The position numbers and the translations under genes were made by a program. This document shows, in pieces, positions 38,157-51,379 of a stretch of 64,000 nucleotides of DNA; positions within the stretch are counted from its first letter, which is position 1, and every line of letters begins with the position of its first letter. Below the pieces are notes generated by a model. It saw nothing but the letters and a program-made list of their open reading frames with translations, was not told the DNA's origin and did no database searches. The stretch is from Octopus vulgaris (Eukaryota): assembly GCA_951406725.2 (NCBI GenBank), contig OX597824.1:65720001-65784000 (forward strand), written 5' to 3'.

Positions 38157-40311
38157 GTAAGGCTTTATGTATGATTAATCCAAAACTAACCTCTCATTGA
38201 AAGCATCTTGTACCAGGGATAGCTACCTTTTCCTGCTCTTAACTATATAACTACTGTATAAAATTTTTAATCAATTTGGATCTCAGTGTTGTCTTCCTTA
38301 CCTATGTTGACAAAAATTATCATTAATATTAATAGAACACACATCTCATTCTCTAAGTTCGGAGAGATGTGTTCTATTAATATTACTAAGAGTTCTGATG
38401 CCACGTAAAAAGCGTCCAGTTTACTCTGTAAAGTGGTTGGCATTTGGAAGGGCATCCAGCTATAAAAACCTTTCCAAAACTGATCTCGCCTGTGCTTGTG
38501 CCACGTAAAAAGCACTCAGTCCATTCTGATGGGTGATCGGTATTAGGAAGGGCATTCAGCCATAAAATCCCTGCCAAAGTAGACAGAAAAGTCTAGTGCA
38601 GGCTCTTGCCTGGGCAGCTCCTGTCAAACTGTCCAACCCATGCCAGCATGGAAGATGGATGTTAAACAATGGTGATGATTAATGATACTTCCTTTCATTG
38701 AGTGTAATTTTATCTGCTTAAAAAACTTAGGAGTGAGGCCTCTACATTAAGGATGTTATCTCCCACATAAATATAATATTGTATAATGTATGAGTATCTC
38801 TAGCTTGTAGTGCTGAATTTAACTCCTGTTATGGAGATAAAGATGGGTTCTGCTAGGTTGGGCTGCTTGAGATAAATTTCAGAAAGATGTAGTATTTGGT
38901 GGTATTACACAGAAAACTCCACTCCATTGAGTTATAAGATTTATTATCCCCAATGTGAAAATCTGAGACAAATAAACTGTTGACTTTTGGAGTTCATTAA
39001 TAAATAGTACTTTTCATCAATATGGTACTTGGCAGTTATATGAATTTTTTAGCCTAAGGCACAGACATACCTACGTGGTGAAGATGCTCAGTTCACAATC
39101 ACACAATTTCAGGTTTGGCTCCACTGAGTAGAATTTTGGGTAAGTGACTTCTACTATAGCCTTGGGTTGAGGTTATAGTTGACATTTTGGGAGTGCAGTG
39201 TGCTTGACAGAAACTATGGAAGCTCACCATATTGTTTTGTTTCTATGCTAGCAAATGTTATGTGAGGAAGTACTTGAGGCAGGATTTTTATAGCTAAATA
39301 CTTTTCCTGTCACCAACCTTTACCCTTTTTTCCCAAGTAATAAAATTTTTTAATCCCTAAGGAATTTGAAAGCACAGTTAGTGTACTATCAACAGTAACT
39401 GTCAAATGTATGTGTGTGTGTGACTAACTTGTTGCTTTTCTGTGTACTAAATTCCCTTGCAATGCATTGTTGAGCCCAAGGCTATAAAATAAGATGCACA
39501 AGGTGTTGTGCAATTATGGTTGAAATATGCCTTCTCTTACAGTATATACATATACCTGTGGTGGGCGAATATATTTTAGTCTTCATGTGTCCTCTTATTG
39601 ATATTGCTTGGCTGGTGTTGACATTGTTCATGTTCTCCATAAAAGTTCAGTAGTGGAGACATGGAATACAGTAGTCATTCAAAAGCAAGTAAAGATTGGA
39701 ACATTGATAGTAATGATCTCATTCCAAGATATGTGAATTGCAGTAAAGTTATTGTTAATTTGTAGAAGTGAAATGGCTGAGTGGATAAGGTATTGAACTA
39801 TCTACTCCTCATATGAAATCAAATTTTATTTTGTTTCATGTGGGACACTTTATTTTGTTTGTCAGATGTATGTGCCAGATTATCTTGTAATGTTATCTGC
39901 ATTAGAGTAGTGACTTACCTGAGGAAAACATATCCTAGGTTCATCCTGCAATAAAACTAGAGTTAAACACTGTCTCTTTGAGACTCTTCAGAGCTCAATC
40001 AATACTTTTCTACTTGACTCATTAGGTCTTCAAACATTGACTAGCAACCTCTTAAATATCTTGTTGGCTAAAGAATAATATATCTATTGAATATTTGTTT
40101 ATTTATAGAATAAGATATTTAAATTAAAACCTGCTTGATGTGTTTACTACTCTTTTCAATAACACCTACCACCACCACATCAACTCCAATACTAAGCACC
40201 TTGTGAAATTGTTCTTCTCTAGTAATATATTCCACTGTAATTATCTGTTCATGGTTTCTCATCCAATCATTTGCTTTCAAGTTAATCAGACCAAAGGTCA
40301 GGCTTCTTTAT

Positions 40312-40366
<55 letters not shown>

Positions 40367-40374
<8 letters not shown>

Positions 40375-40548
40375 GTTGTATACTGTCAATCTAACAAGAA
40401 TGTGACAGTAGGGGTACACCACCGCTGTATAGCCCTAAGAAGCATCGAACGCCTCCTGATGGCGTTTGATGCTTCCTAGGGCTATACAGCGGTGGTGTAC
40501 CCCCTACTGTCACGTTCTTGTTAGATTGACAGTATACAACTATTCTAT
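40367..40548. repeat. Near-perfect long hairpin (~87-bp arms, 7-nt loop) in MED6 intron 5
   Basis: atagaatggttgtatactgtcaatctaacaagaa...gcc-tcctgat-ggc...ttcttgttagattgacagtatacaactattctat. Four transitions and one indel. Confidence 0.95.
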
Positions 40549-40670
40549 CGCCCCACCACCGTACATGTCTCTACAAGAGATTTAGAAATTCAATATTTCT
40601 TATATATATATATATATTGTTGGACTAATGTTAATATCCTTTAACTGTTTAATTCCCAAACGTTTTGCAG

Positions 40671-40739
40671 CTCTCAGTTATGCTCGGTACCATCCATCAA
40701 AAGGATATTGGTGGGAATTCAAAGATAAAGAAGAAACAG
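40671..40739 (+). CDS. MED6: MED6 exon 6
   Basis: ttttgcag|...G|gtaact. Reads (A)[22 protein letters not shown]. Confidence 0.95.
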
Positions 40740-41062
40740 GTAACTTATATGATTCTATTTTACTGATCATACTTTGTCAATGACTTATGTAAATATTATT
40801 TAAAGTTCCCTTGTTTCACACATTATTTCTTCTGCATTCACTTATTAGTATATATCATTCAATTTTAAAGCCTTTAATTGTGAACATATGTCTATGGATC
40901 TATTTGTGTGTATACATGTATACATACATTCACACACACACACACACACATATAGATATGTATATCATCATTACTATTTTAATGCCAACTTTTCCATGCT
41001 TGAAAGGGTCAAACAGAATTCATTGAAGCAGATGGCTAGATGTCTTTCTTATCACCAACACT

Positions 41063-41177
41063 CAGAGTTGGACATGTCTTATAGAAGATTGGCTACAAAC
41101 GATGGCGAAACTTGTTTACCCAGAGTTGGACATGTCTTATAGAAGATTGGCTACAAACGATGGCGAAACTTGTTTAC
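41063..41177 (+). repeat. Exact tandem duplication, period 58 bp
   Basis: cagagttggacatgtcttatagaagattggctacaaacgatggcgaaacttgtttac occurs twice. Confidence 0.92.
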
Positions 41178-41883
41178 AACTATTATGCAATGTCATAACT
41201 CAGAGAGAGAGAGAAAGACATGTGCGTGTGCAGTCGCTCACACATGCACAAAGCCTCTTTCAGTTTCTCCCCACCAAATTCATTCACAAACCTCTGTTTG
41301 ACCTGGGGTTATAATAGAAAACTTGCCTCAGATAACTCATAGTGGGACTGACCCAGATCCATGTGGCTGGCAAGTGAACTAGTTAACCTCACAGCTATGC
41401 CTATGCCATATGTGTGTGTACACACACACATATGCAATTTGCACCGGGTTAATAAAATATCTAACAGGAATTGAGTAATCAACTATGCTCCTCCGCTAAA
41501 AGGTGTGCTCTGGTGCCCGTGTAAAGAGAAGAAAACATTATTAGATTATGAATAAATTAATGGTTTATACTTTCAGTGCTGAATAAACATTAGCTATTAT
41601 AAGCACCAGTCTGAGTCAAATATTTTAAACTGCTACAAACGTTATTGAAGAACCTTCCAGAATTAATCACATTTGTTGCTGTTTCTTTGATTATGTTATT
41701 ACATATAATTAATACATAAAATTATTTTCTTCATTGTATTGCTGCCCAGCTTTACTTGTTTGTGTCGTAACTAAGTCAGTTACAATAATCTATAGTTTTT
41801 AAATAATTTTTGATTTGACAGTTTTTTGTTTTTGTATAAATTTGCTTAATTACTTAGTTATCCAGTAACTTTTCTTTTTACAG

Positions 41884-42024
41884 AAAAGAGTAAAGTAAAA
41901 GATTCCAAGAAAAAAGAGGAACCAAGTTCAGTATTCCAACGACAGCGAGTTGATTTACTACTTTCTGAACTGAGCAAAAAGTTCCCTCCCCGGTTTGCAG
42001 CTCCTGCACAGCCAGACCAAAAAG
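41884..42024 (+). CDS. MED6: MED6 exon 7
   Basis: tttttacag|...G|gtaatt. Reads [46 protein letters not shown]. Confidence 0.95.
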
Positions 42025-42288
42025 GTAATTTCTTGAAAAAGTTCATTCTTCTTTGTCAATCCTAACTAATGATGTTCAGTAGAGCAACCCATTTCTGATT
42101 CAACTGCTTTTTTTTTTTTTTTAAATGAAGGGTAATGTCTCAACTTTGTTATGCAAACACAACCACAGATACAGATAGCAGTAGGATTTATTGTAAAACA
42201 TGGCCATAGATTTAAGCCCTGCTTGAGCTTCCTCTTGTACATTGATGGCCTATATGCTGTTACTTCTAACCACTTCATGCAATTGATA

Positions 42289-43493
42289 TGAGGAGTGTTC
42301 ATAAAAATTTCTCAATTCACTTCCGGTTATTGCAGGAAACGGAACTTGTACAGGTATAATCATACATGTCTCTACATGTCACATTGTAAATTGCAGCTTT
42401 CTACAAGTATTCATTTGTCTTTTACAGCTGCTGAAGTAGACTAAGGTGTTATAATGGGGGCAGTTGAAAGCAGATCTGTGATCAGGTTCTTATACTTGAA
42501 AGGTCATACACCAAAAGAGACTTTTGATGAGATGAAAGAAGTTTATGGTGACGATGCACCATAATACAATGTAGTCAATCACTGGCATCACCAGTTCAAA
42601 TGTGGTTGAACATCGGTGGAAACTGCTTCTATTCCTGGAAGACCACATTCTGCCATTGATGATGACACCATCCATAAAGTGGAAGCCTCCATTTTGAGGA
42701 ATGTCACATAACTATTTAGTAACTAGACCAAGAAGTGAAGATAAGTGTAGGGTCCGTGGAAAAAAATCATTCATTACCATTTGCACATGCAGAAGTTGTC
42801 TGCACAATGGATCCCCGGATGCTCACACCTTTTCAGAAGCAGTATCAAGTCAATTGCTCCCAGGCTCTTTTGGCAATATGCCAAGAAAATGAGGAGGACT
42901 TTTTCAGTAGACTTTTCACACAGGATGAAATATAGGTCCATCACTATGATCCTGAGACTAAAGTCCAATCAAAACAATGGAAGCATGTTAACTCACCACC
43001 TCTAACGAAGGCTCATGTCCAACTCTCAACAGGCAAGGTGATGCTCACAGTTTTTTGGGACCAGCATGGAGTAGTGATGATGGATTTTCTGGCAAAGGGC
43101 ACCACAATCAATGGGGCATATTATGCTTCTGTGCTGCAGTGAGGTGTGGCATGCTGACCAAAGGAGTTCACCTCCTCCAAGACAACGCCCCAGTTCACAA
43201 TGTGCATGTTGCCCAGATGAAAATACACTCCTGTGGCTATGAAATGCTTCCTCATTTCCCTTACTCTCCTGACTTCCACCTCTTTCCAACCATAAAGTCC
43301 TTTTTGAAGGTGAAGCTCTTTTCAGATGATGATGAACTTATTTCCGAGGTAAAGTCTTGGCTCCAGATGCAACCTACCGATTTCTACAGATAAGGTCTTC
43401 ACAGCTGTAGAGAAGGACTAATAATTATACCAAGTTTCATTATCCCAGTCCTTGGGAAGTGGGTCAGGAAAAATCTTTAATGAACATCCCTCG
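42289..43493 (+). mobile_element. Decayed mariner in MED6 intron 7
   Basis: TA TSDs and degenerate TIRs (tgaggagtgttcataaaa / ctttaatgaacatccctcg). WIPRML, QDE, LQDNAPVH and YSPDFHLFP remnants. Confidence 0.9.
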
Positions 43494-44706
43494 TACCTCA
43501 CTGTACACAAGCATCAATCTCATTCAAACTAGACATTTCCTGCCTGACCTTTCTTATGGATTGGTCAGAAATTGTACTGGTTTTTGTTTACCCTACTCTC
43601 CCCCTTCTCTCTCTCTCTCTCTCTCTCTTTCTCACACACACACACATCTATTTATGTGTATACAACTGGAAATAGGGATTCAAAGAATCAAGCAGTTCTT
43701 GCTGTAAGCTCTCTGCAGGTTGTTTGGCTACCATAGAAACAGTAGTTGAGTGTAGATAAATATTAACATTACCATGGTTCTGAAAATCTATGATTCACAG
43801 TGTTGGAAAGTATATAATAATTAATCAAATTCAGGAGATGTGAGAAAGGGAAAAATATTTTTTTGCGTCTTACTGCTCCTGAATTTGGTTACTTACTTAC
43901 TCACACACGCATGCACGCGCGCACATGAAGTTTCTGCCCTTTCAGTGTACAAAATTTCACTTAAAAGTATTGATCAAACCATCGCTGTAGTAGACAATGC
44001 ACTGTGTGATATGGGATGAAGCCCAAATGCCATTTGATTGTGTAGTGAACTTTGTAACTGCACTACTGTCTCTGTCAAAACATATATTTATAAAATGTAA
44101 CCTCACTCTTGCTAAGATGGATATCATCATCAACATTGCCTTTATGTCTGTTCCCTCATGCTGGCATGCATTTTTGGTCTAGAGTAGACCATCTTTCCAG
44201 GTTTTTATCCTGCATATTTTATTTCAGCTGATGACTTATGGCCTCATGCCTTTTCTATATCTATCACAGTTTGGTCAAAGTGATATGAGATAGAAATGAC
44301 TTCAATTCTTGGAAGGTAAAATTCTCCAGTGATAGTCACAATAAACACACTCATTCTCTTCCTTCATAATATATAAAAATGGAACAAAAAACGATAATGT
44401 TTTAGTTGAACAGACACCTGGGTCATCATTTGACCTTAAGAAATACTTATGTTTAACATCATCTTTATTTATGTATGTATGTCTTTTTAATTATTCTGTT
44501 AACCTGAGCTTGTACCATTGCTTTGTATATAATCCTCTCTTTGCACTCTCTCTGTTGATTAGTGGAGCTCACTCACTTGCAAGCATCCAAACCAAGTTTC
44601 CCGTTTCTTCTTCCTCCTGACTAAACCATAAAAAATTTTTGTGAAAAAATATATATCTACCACTGCCACCACAAATTATTGAATAATAACCACTCTACTT
44701 TTTCAG

Positions 44707-44816
44707 ATGAAAGACCTGAAACGAAAGTGGAAAATCGAATGGATAAAACTGATGATAAACAGAATTCTTCTGGAACCAAAGTTCCACCAGAAAAGAAGCC
44801 CAAATTAATGAGATAA
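44707..44816 (+). CDS. MED6: MED6 terminal exon
   Basis: tttttcag|(D)ERPETKVENRMDKTDDKQNSSGTKVPPEKKPKLMR*, resembling the MED6 PPEKR C-terminus. AATAAA at 44891-44896. Confidence 0.88.
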
Positions 44817-45023
44817 TGGAAACTGAACAAACTTTCTCCCACCCTTTTTTTTCTAAACATTTTTCTCCTTTTTATTTTGGATTAGAATTCAATAAACAAT
44901 TCATATCAATCATTTTATTGTATTTGTATGTGAAGGTGAATGCATTTTAAAGCAAGAAAATACCTGTGCTTTGTTTTCAATTTCCACCAGTATTAATTTC
45001 ATATATATATATAATTATATATA

Positions 45024-45361
45024 CTAGCAGAGATACCCAGCCTTGCTCGGGATTTAAATGGCATAGAATTTTATTTCTTTACTTGTTTCAGTCATGTGAC
45101 TGTGGCCATGCTGAAGCACCACCGTTGGTCGAAGAAATCAACCACAGGATTTATTCTTTGTAAGCTTAGTACTCATTCTGTCAGTGTCTTTTACCAAACC
45201 ACTAAGTTGCAGGAATGTAAACAGCAACATCAGTTGTCAAGCAATGGTGGGGGTACAAATACAAGACACATGCACACACATACACATATATGACAGTCTT
45301 CTTTCAGTTTGTGAGTATGAAATTCACTCACAAGGTTTTGGTCAGCCTGAGGCTTTAATAA

Positions 45362-45395
<34 letters not shown>

Positions 45396-46724
45396 GCTTT
45401 CGGTGCGAATAGCTTTATTATACAGTGGCGTATTTTACAATCCAGTGAATAATAATAATGGTATTTTTATATAAGTTAAAGCTTGTGCCGTTCACTGTAC
45501 AATGACTAAGGAAAATAGTCTAATAATGGGGCATATAAGCCCTCAACAGAAAAAAGAGGCTTTCCCATCCACATAGATGTGAACCCACATCCCTTTGTTT
45601 ACATGACTGTGTTACTTTTACACGCAGATGGGAAAACTGACATTTTTCTGTCAAGGGCTTATATGTCTCATTATTAGACTATTTTCCTTAGTCATTGCAC
45701 AGTGAACGCCATAAACTTTAAGCTTATATAAAAATACCATTATTATTATTTACAGGATTGTAAAATACGGCGTCATATAATAAAACCATTTACACCGAAA
45801 GCATATATATGTATATCAGGTGACATGCCTGGTAATTCCCAGGAAAGCAGGCTTATCCCTTGGTTCCATTCTCATAATTGCTTCGCTTATCCTGTAACAA
45901 AAATACAAAGTATGTAGCCCTTAAAACGGTTTTTGTGTATTTATTGAGAATACTGAACTGTCTTACGAAGGATCTTGTTTTTAGGAATTCCCAATAAGTT
46001 ATGAATACCCAAATTGTGAAGTCAGTTATGTAATAACATGAAATTACCCTATAGTAACAATTCAAATAAAGTAGCCCCAAAAAGGGCTTTAATATGTTTC
46101 CAGAGTATATAGAACATAGGAGGAAATACTAATAAGATATGTATACTAAAATCGTGAAACATGTTATGTAATAACAAGCTAATCAGATATGAGATAATAA
46201 CAATTCAAAGTAATTAACTATGAAAAAAGCTTTTGTGCGTTCCTGGAGAATGTTACACTCAGCAGCACTAATGTTATGTCCGTGAATAAGTTACTAACTG
46301 AAATAAGTAGATCTATTGTTTAGGAGAATAGTATTAACTTGTTTAAGCCTTGTACTAGATAAATTGAGAAAATAACTAAAATAGTTAAAATACTAAGAAA
46401 TAAGTATATTCAATTTCATTTTTACCAAATAATTTACGGAGGGAATGGGTTATTTCCCTTGGAAGCTTAAAAATAATTTACAAACAAGAGAATAGGTTAT
46501 TTCCCTTGGAAGTTTAAAAATAATTAGGTTCAACCACTCCCAAATGTTATTCCTCCCGCCATTTATCTGAACATTGTTTTGAAATCAATTTATACTTATA
46601 ACCTCCCCAGACACATAAGCAATGTACGTGTGAAGTTTAAGAAAATTGGTTGAGCCATTTTGGCTCAAAATGAGGACATACCCATAGACACATGAAGAGA
46701 CATTTTCAGTTTTAATATATAAGA
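45024..46724 (-). mobile_element. Helitron-like element between the MED6 and WDR92 3' ends, carrying a nested SINE and fold-back element
   Basis: A|CTAGcagagatacccagccttgctcggg at the left end and ...cagttttaatatataaGA|T at the right end; same termini style as the 17967 and 31043 copies. Confidence 0.6.
45388..45810. repeat. Long inverted repeat (~180-bp arms, ~55-bp spacer)
   Basis: atatatgctttcggtg...ttttacaatcc...aatgactaaggaaaatagtctaataatg pairs with cattattagactattttccttagtcatt...ggattgtaaaa...caccgaaagcatatat. Confidence 0.92.
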
Positions 46725-47894
46725 TATATATAATTGATTCAATTAACTCTTGTTGCTCTATTACCCTTTATTCTTCTATTCCTTCATCTTCCCTCAAAAA
46801 CTCTCCCCAAAAGGATTTGAACTTAGGGAGTTAAGTGGTGAAATACTTCAATTATTTTGTCTAGGTACTGTATTGCTTTTGTCAGTTGACTGCCCTTAAT
46901 AGAATAGTAATGATGATTTAGAATTTATTGTCATCACAAATTGTATACCTGATAAAAGCAGCACATTTGCTGCTTATTTCATCAGCCCAAGAGGAGAAAG
47001 AAAAAGTGAAGTTAATACTGGTAGGATTTGAATTCAGAATGTAAAAGGGATGCAATTAAAATATCAAGCATTTTGTTGGTACCTTGAAATTTCCGCCACT
47101 ACCTTATATATATACACACACGCACATATATATATGTGTGTGTGTATGTGGATTTCTAACTTTTATTCAAGGCTAAATTTTGGTGGGAGAATATATTCAA
47201 AGGAATTTCCTCAGTATACTATTTTGTCAACCTGGAAAGATGATTGTAAAGTCAAATCCAGTGGAATTTGAACTAATGTAACAAAATAGTTCAAGGCCTT
47301 TTATCCAGTACTACTAATTATGTTCCTTCTGCTACCTGTTAATGCTCTTATAGTTTTTGACTTATTTCAGTCATTATTTGTAATGAGTCCGCTACAGGGA
47401 CAAGTTCACATATTTCAGGAGAGATTAGTTAATTCTACTAAATACCAGTATTTAATTGGTATATTTTGTCAACCTTGAAAGGATGAAATTCAAAGTCAAA
47501 TTCAATGGGATTTAAATTCTATATTTGGAATTTAGAGGGATGTAATTAAATACTGCCAGGAATTTTTCTAGCACTTTAACTTTTAATACCAACCTACCTG
47601 AGACTACTGATTCAGTGATACAAACTTCCCATTTTAAAGTGATTCCATCGAAAGTTTGTTATTTTATGTTCCAAGCACCAGCTTAATAGTGGCAAAGCTA
47701 TGTTACTAAATTCTTCATTATTTTCAAAATTAATTGAAACAAAGGCAGTGTTGTTTCAACAGAAATGTAACAAAAGGGTTAAAGATTCTGCCATCAAGCC
47801 ATGTGATATAATAGTCATAATAATAATAATAAACAACAGAAATAAAAAATTATTATTTTATTCAAAATAGGAAATAAAAAAAATTAGTGAAATT

Positions 47895-48102
47895 TTAAAG
47901 TCTGTTTAACTTGGTAACAATGAGGACCCGAACAGTTTGGTCAAAGGATGCACACACACATAAGCCAGCTTTGTCAGCATTCCAGTCCAAAGTAGCTATA
48001 GGTTGCGTGGAAATGGTTATATTCTGTAGTAGATTCACTTTACCAGCAACGCCCATCTCTATTCCTCCAGGATCTTTAGTGACACGCTTTTCAGGGTAAT
48101 AA
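47895..48102 (-). CDS. WDR92: WDR92/DNAAF10 terminal exon 8
   Basis: gtttttag|T then [68 protein letters not shown]. Minus-strand AATAAA at 47857-47862. Confidence 0.96.
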
Positions 48103-48432
48103 CTAAAAACAACATAAATAGCTTATGAGATTTAAAAAAAAGTTACAATATAAAATATTTTAAGACTAGTAGGAAATAAGCAAAATATATTAATTTTATT
48201 TCAACAATATTCTTTTACTGACTTAGACATTGGGCTGTGGTCATGTTAGAGCACTGCATTCTAGGATATAACCAAATGTATATCATTCTCTCTGCTCTGC
48301 CCAATAGTTATTATATGATTATCATCTACCTGAAGCTGGAATAAATGAAACTTTAAAGTTTTAAAGTTTTGATATATCCTTAACACTAAATGCTTGTTGT
48401 CAGATAAAATATTCAGAAATAAATTTACTTAC

Positions 48433-48533
48433 TATTGCCAAAGATTTACTGAACCATTACCTCCCATTGTCATAAAAATATCTCGATTCTGGGGAAGATG
48501 GCGAACTGACCAAATTGTTGATTTATGTGCTGC
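48433..48533 (-). CDS. WDR92: WDR92 exon 7
   Basis: tgtatag|[33 protein letters not shown](Y)|gtaagt. Confidence 0.95.
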
Positions 48534-49435
48534 CTATACATTAGAGAAATGAAAAACAAAAACACAAAATAATGTAGATATTAGAAAGAGAGAATTATAA
48601 CTTTATAATAATTTATAAGCAATTAACAACAAATGGATTCTTTCTCCTTATGAAAGGCAAATTTTTTTATACATGTATTAAGAATGTGATTAAAACAGAT
48701 CATTGAAATTACAAGTAATAAGGCTAAAAGCACCTGAGTATTTTTATAAATATATTATTTGTTAAATAAGTAAAATGTCATTGAAAAACTTGTTGAACCA
48801 AACATGTCCATAAAATGACACATAAATAGATTTGGCTCTGATTGTAGTAAAGCATATACATACTGGAAGCAGAATAGCAAAGGTTAGAATGGTAGTTATA
48901 TCAGGTATTAGCAGAGTTACTTGAGCCCACAAGAGGACCTCAAACTGTAAGAAATAGCAGCCAAACCCCCATCATGTTCTTTAACAAAAGAATATTACAT
49001 TTGAAAATGTAGTGTTAGAATATATGTTTGCCTGAAATGACTTCGATCTTAATTAGAGTTAGACAACAACACAAGTACTTCATAAATGAAATAACACAAC
49101 TGAGATGTGAAATTTGTTAAGACACTTTCTACAGCAATGTGCCCTTCCTGTTGCCAACCCTCACCTGTTTCCAAGCAAGTTAATACTTCTCTACAGCTGA
49201 ACATTTCTCATGAAAGCTTGGAAATGAAGGATACCACTTGTATGATGATGACACTCACTTACAACTATCTTGTGTTGTCAAGATAAGGACACAAATACAT
49301 ACACACACACAAAACTTCGGTCAAAATTATAGAAGGCTTTTGTCAATGGTGCCATGTGCAATTGAACAACCTGAAATTACATGGCTGAGCAGCTAACCTC
49401 TTAAACAAACAATCATGCCTGTGCTTATACTTGTA

Positions 49436-50020
49436 TAAGTAAAGAGAAGACAAAGGAATAAACGATTATCGTATGAACTTCATTAGCTTACAGCTGTTTT
49501 CACTATAAGATGTGGTGGATTCATAGTTGAGTGCCTGAGTAACATCTTACAATTTCATCAGAGCTCCAAATATTTGGAAAAGCAAAAAAAATTAAGCAAA
49601 TATACAGGAAAGCATTACCAATGTGATAGCATATATGTGGAAGATGGAAACCAAGGGCTCCTCGCACAATTGGGAAAAGATTAATAGAATTAATCTTATC
49701 CTAATTGTGAGAGGAGCCTTTGGAGCTCTCTTCTGGAAAGAAATGAAGTTTTAATAGAATTAATCTCATCCTAATTGTAGGAGGAGCCCTTAGTTTCCAT
49801 CTTCCACATATAGCTATCTAATTGGTAATGCTTCTCTGTATATATACTTAAATGTATTTGTTTTCCCAAATATTTGCACTTGATATTTGAAGCTCTGATG
49901 AAATTGTATGACATTCCTCAGGCACTCAACTATGAATCCACCACATCTCATAGTGGAAACAGCTGTAAGCTAATGAAGTTCATAAGATAATCGTTTATTC
50001 CTTTGCCATCTTTTTTCTTA
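49436..50020. mobile_element. Fold-back element (~250-bp inverted arms) with a hammerhead-like motif in each arm; probable Penelope-like pseudo-LTR derivative
   Basis: Arms caaaggaataaacgattatc... / ...gataatcgtttattcctttg. agct-CTGATGA...GAAAC-AGCT-GTA-agct at 49891-49971, mirrored at 49485-49565. Confidence 0.75.
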
Positions 50021-51379
50021 TTACTGCTCTATACTCGACTAATGACTTGTTCTGAGGCATATGTATATTGTGTTCTGCATCAGGTTATTAATATCACAAT
50101 GCCTAAGTGAAGTATATATATGTGCATATGCTTGTATTTTGTGCTAGATTTGCTTATGCAGTATTTCTGCTATAATTTATCGTATGACAAGTAATTAGAA
50201 TTTGAATTTCGTGCCAATTAATCTTTTCAGACCAAGAAATTATGATAAAGTTGAAAATTTTATAAGAACTTTGAAACAGCTATCAAGTTTTACTACATAA
50301 GCAAATTATTATACTCATAAAAAGCAAAGAACTCATTATGTTGTAAGAATGGGGTGGATTAATAAATGAACATAAAAATAAAAAGAACTGTTAAAAACCT
50401 AACATAAAACTTGAATTGAAACAAAATGGCAATATTAGGGAAAGACAAAATTCGAGGCTAAATTTATTACCAAATTAATATACCACTCTTCTGGCAAGGA
50501 GTGAGGTTTTCTAAGTCTAAGTAATTGTGCATAATTGCTATTAACTTCTGGTAAAGGACTTGGGATGACTTTTATCAGCTAAGAAAGCAAAAATATGCAT
50601 TGTAATTTTTCAAGGGCTGCACATGGTCACTTGATCTGCTAGAAATAGCAATCAAATATCTCCTCCCTTGACTGCCTTAAAAAGCGAAAAGAAACATGTA
50701 TATCCAAGATAATGTAGTCTTGTATGATCATAGATCTACTCAGTTAGGCCTGACTTGGAATTTTTTAGTCCAACATCTAAAAATGCTTTCTCACTGTTTT
50801 GTATTAATTTTCATATGAATGACATAAATAGCAAATTTGGATTATCCTGGAACCATTGATTTTTATAGTTGGGTATCCACCCTACCATTAAATACACAAC
50901 TGTAGGTTTAACATCTGATACTTTACTTAGTGTTAATCACTCAGTCATGAACTAGCAGTGAAACCTAATGTCAGTCATACCAAGAAACATAACAATGTGA
51001 ATTCATGGAGGCTGTCTACTATGTTGCTTTGTTACAAGTCAGCCTTGTCTGAGCAGACCTACAAAAACAAAAGGCATCTTGACTATAGCCATCATGTTTC
51101 CAGTTATCTAGGATTATACTGTCCAATGTCTCTTTCTTTAAGGTAGTAGCCTGTAATTTCAGGAAGATTTGGCTGTTGCTTTGATCAGTTTGAGTGCTTA
51201 CATAGAAGTCTTCTGTGCAATATGTAGATATTAGCCTTAACATCACTGAAATACTCTATAACTGTCTTCCTATCTTTATGCGAAATAAATCAACATAAAA
51301 GTTTATAAAGTGGAATAATAATAATTAAAAAGCAAGGTAGAGAGGTGGTGAAATCAATGGTATTATTCACTAGTCTTAC

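Noticed and set aside
40454-40462. CTGATGG in the loop of the MED6 intronic hairpin as a hammerhead core
   Set aside because: It is not CUGANGA, and no properly placed GAAA/stem III/UH follows.
41063-41177. CRISPR-like or functional repeat array
   Set aside because: Two adjacent copies with no spacers, in a eukaryotic intron; a simple tandem duplication.
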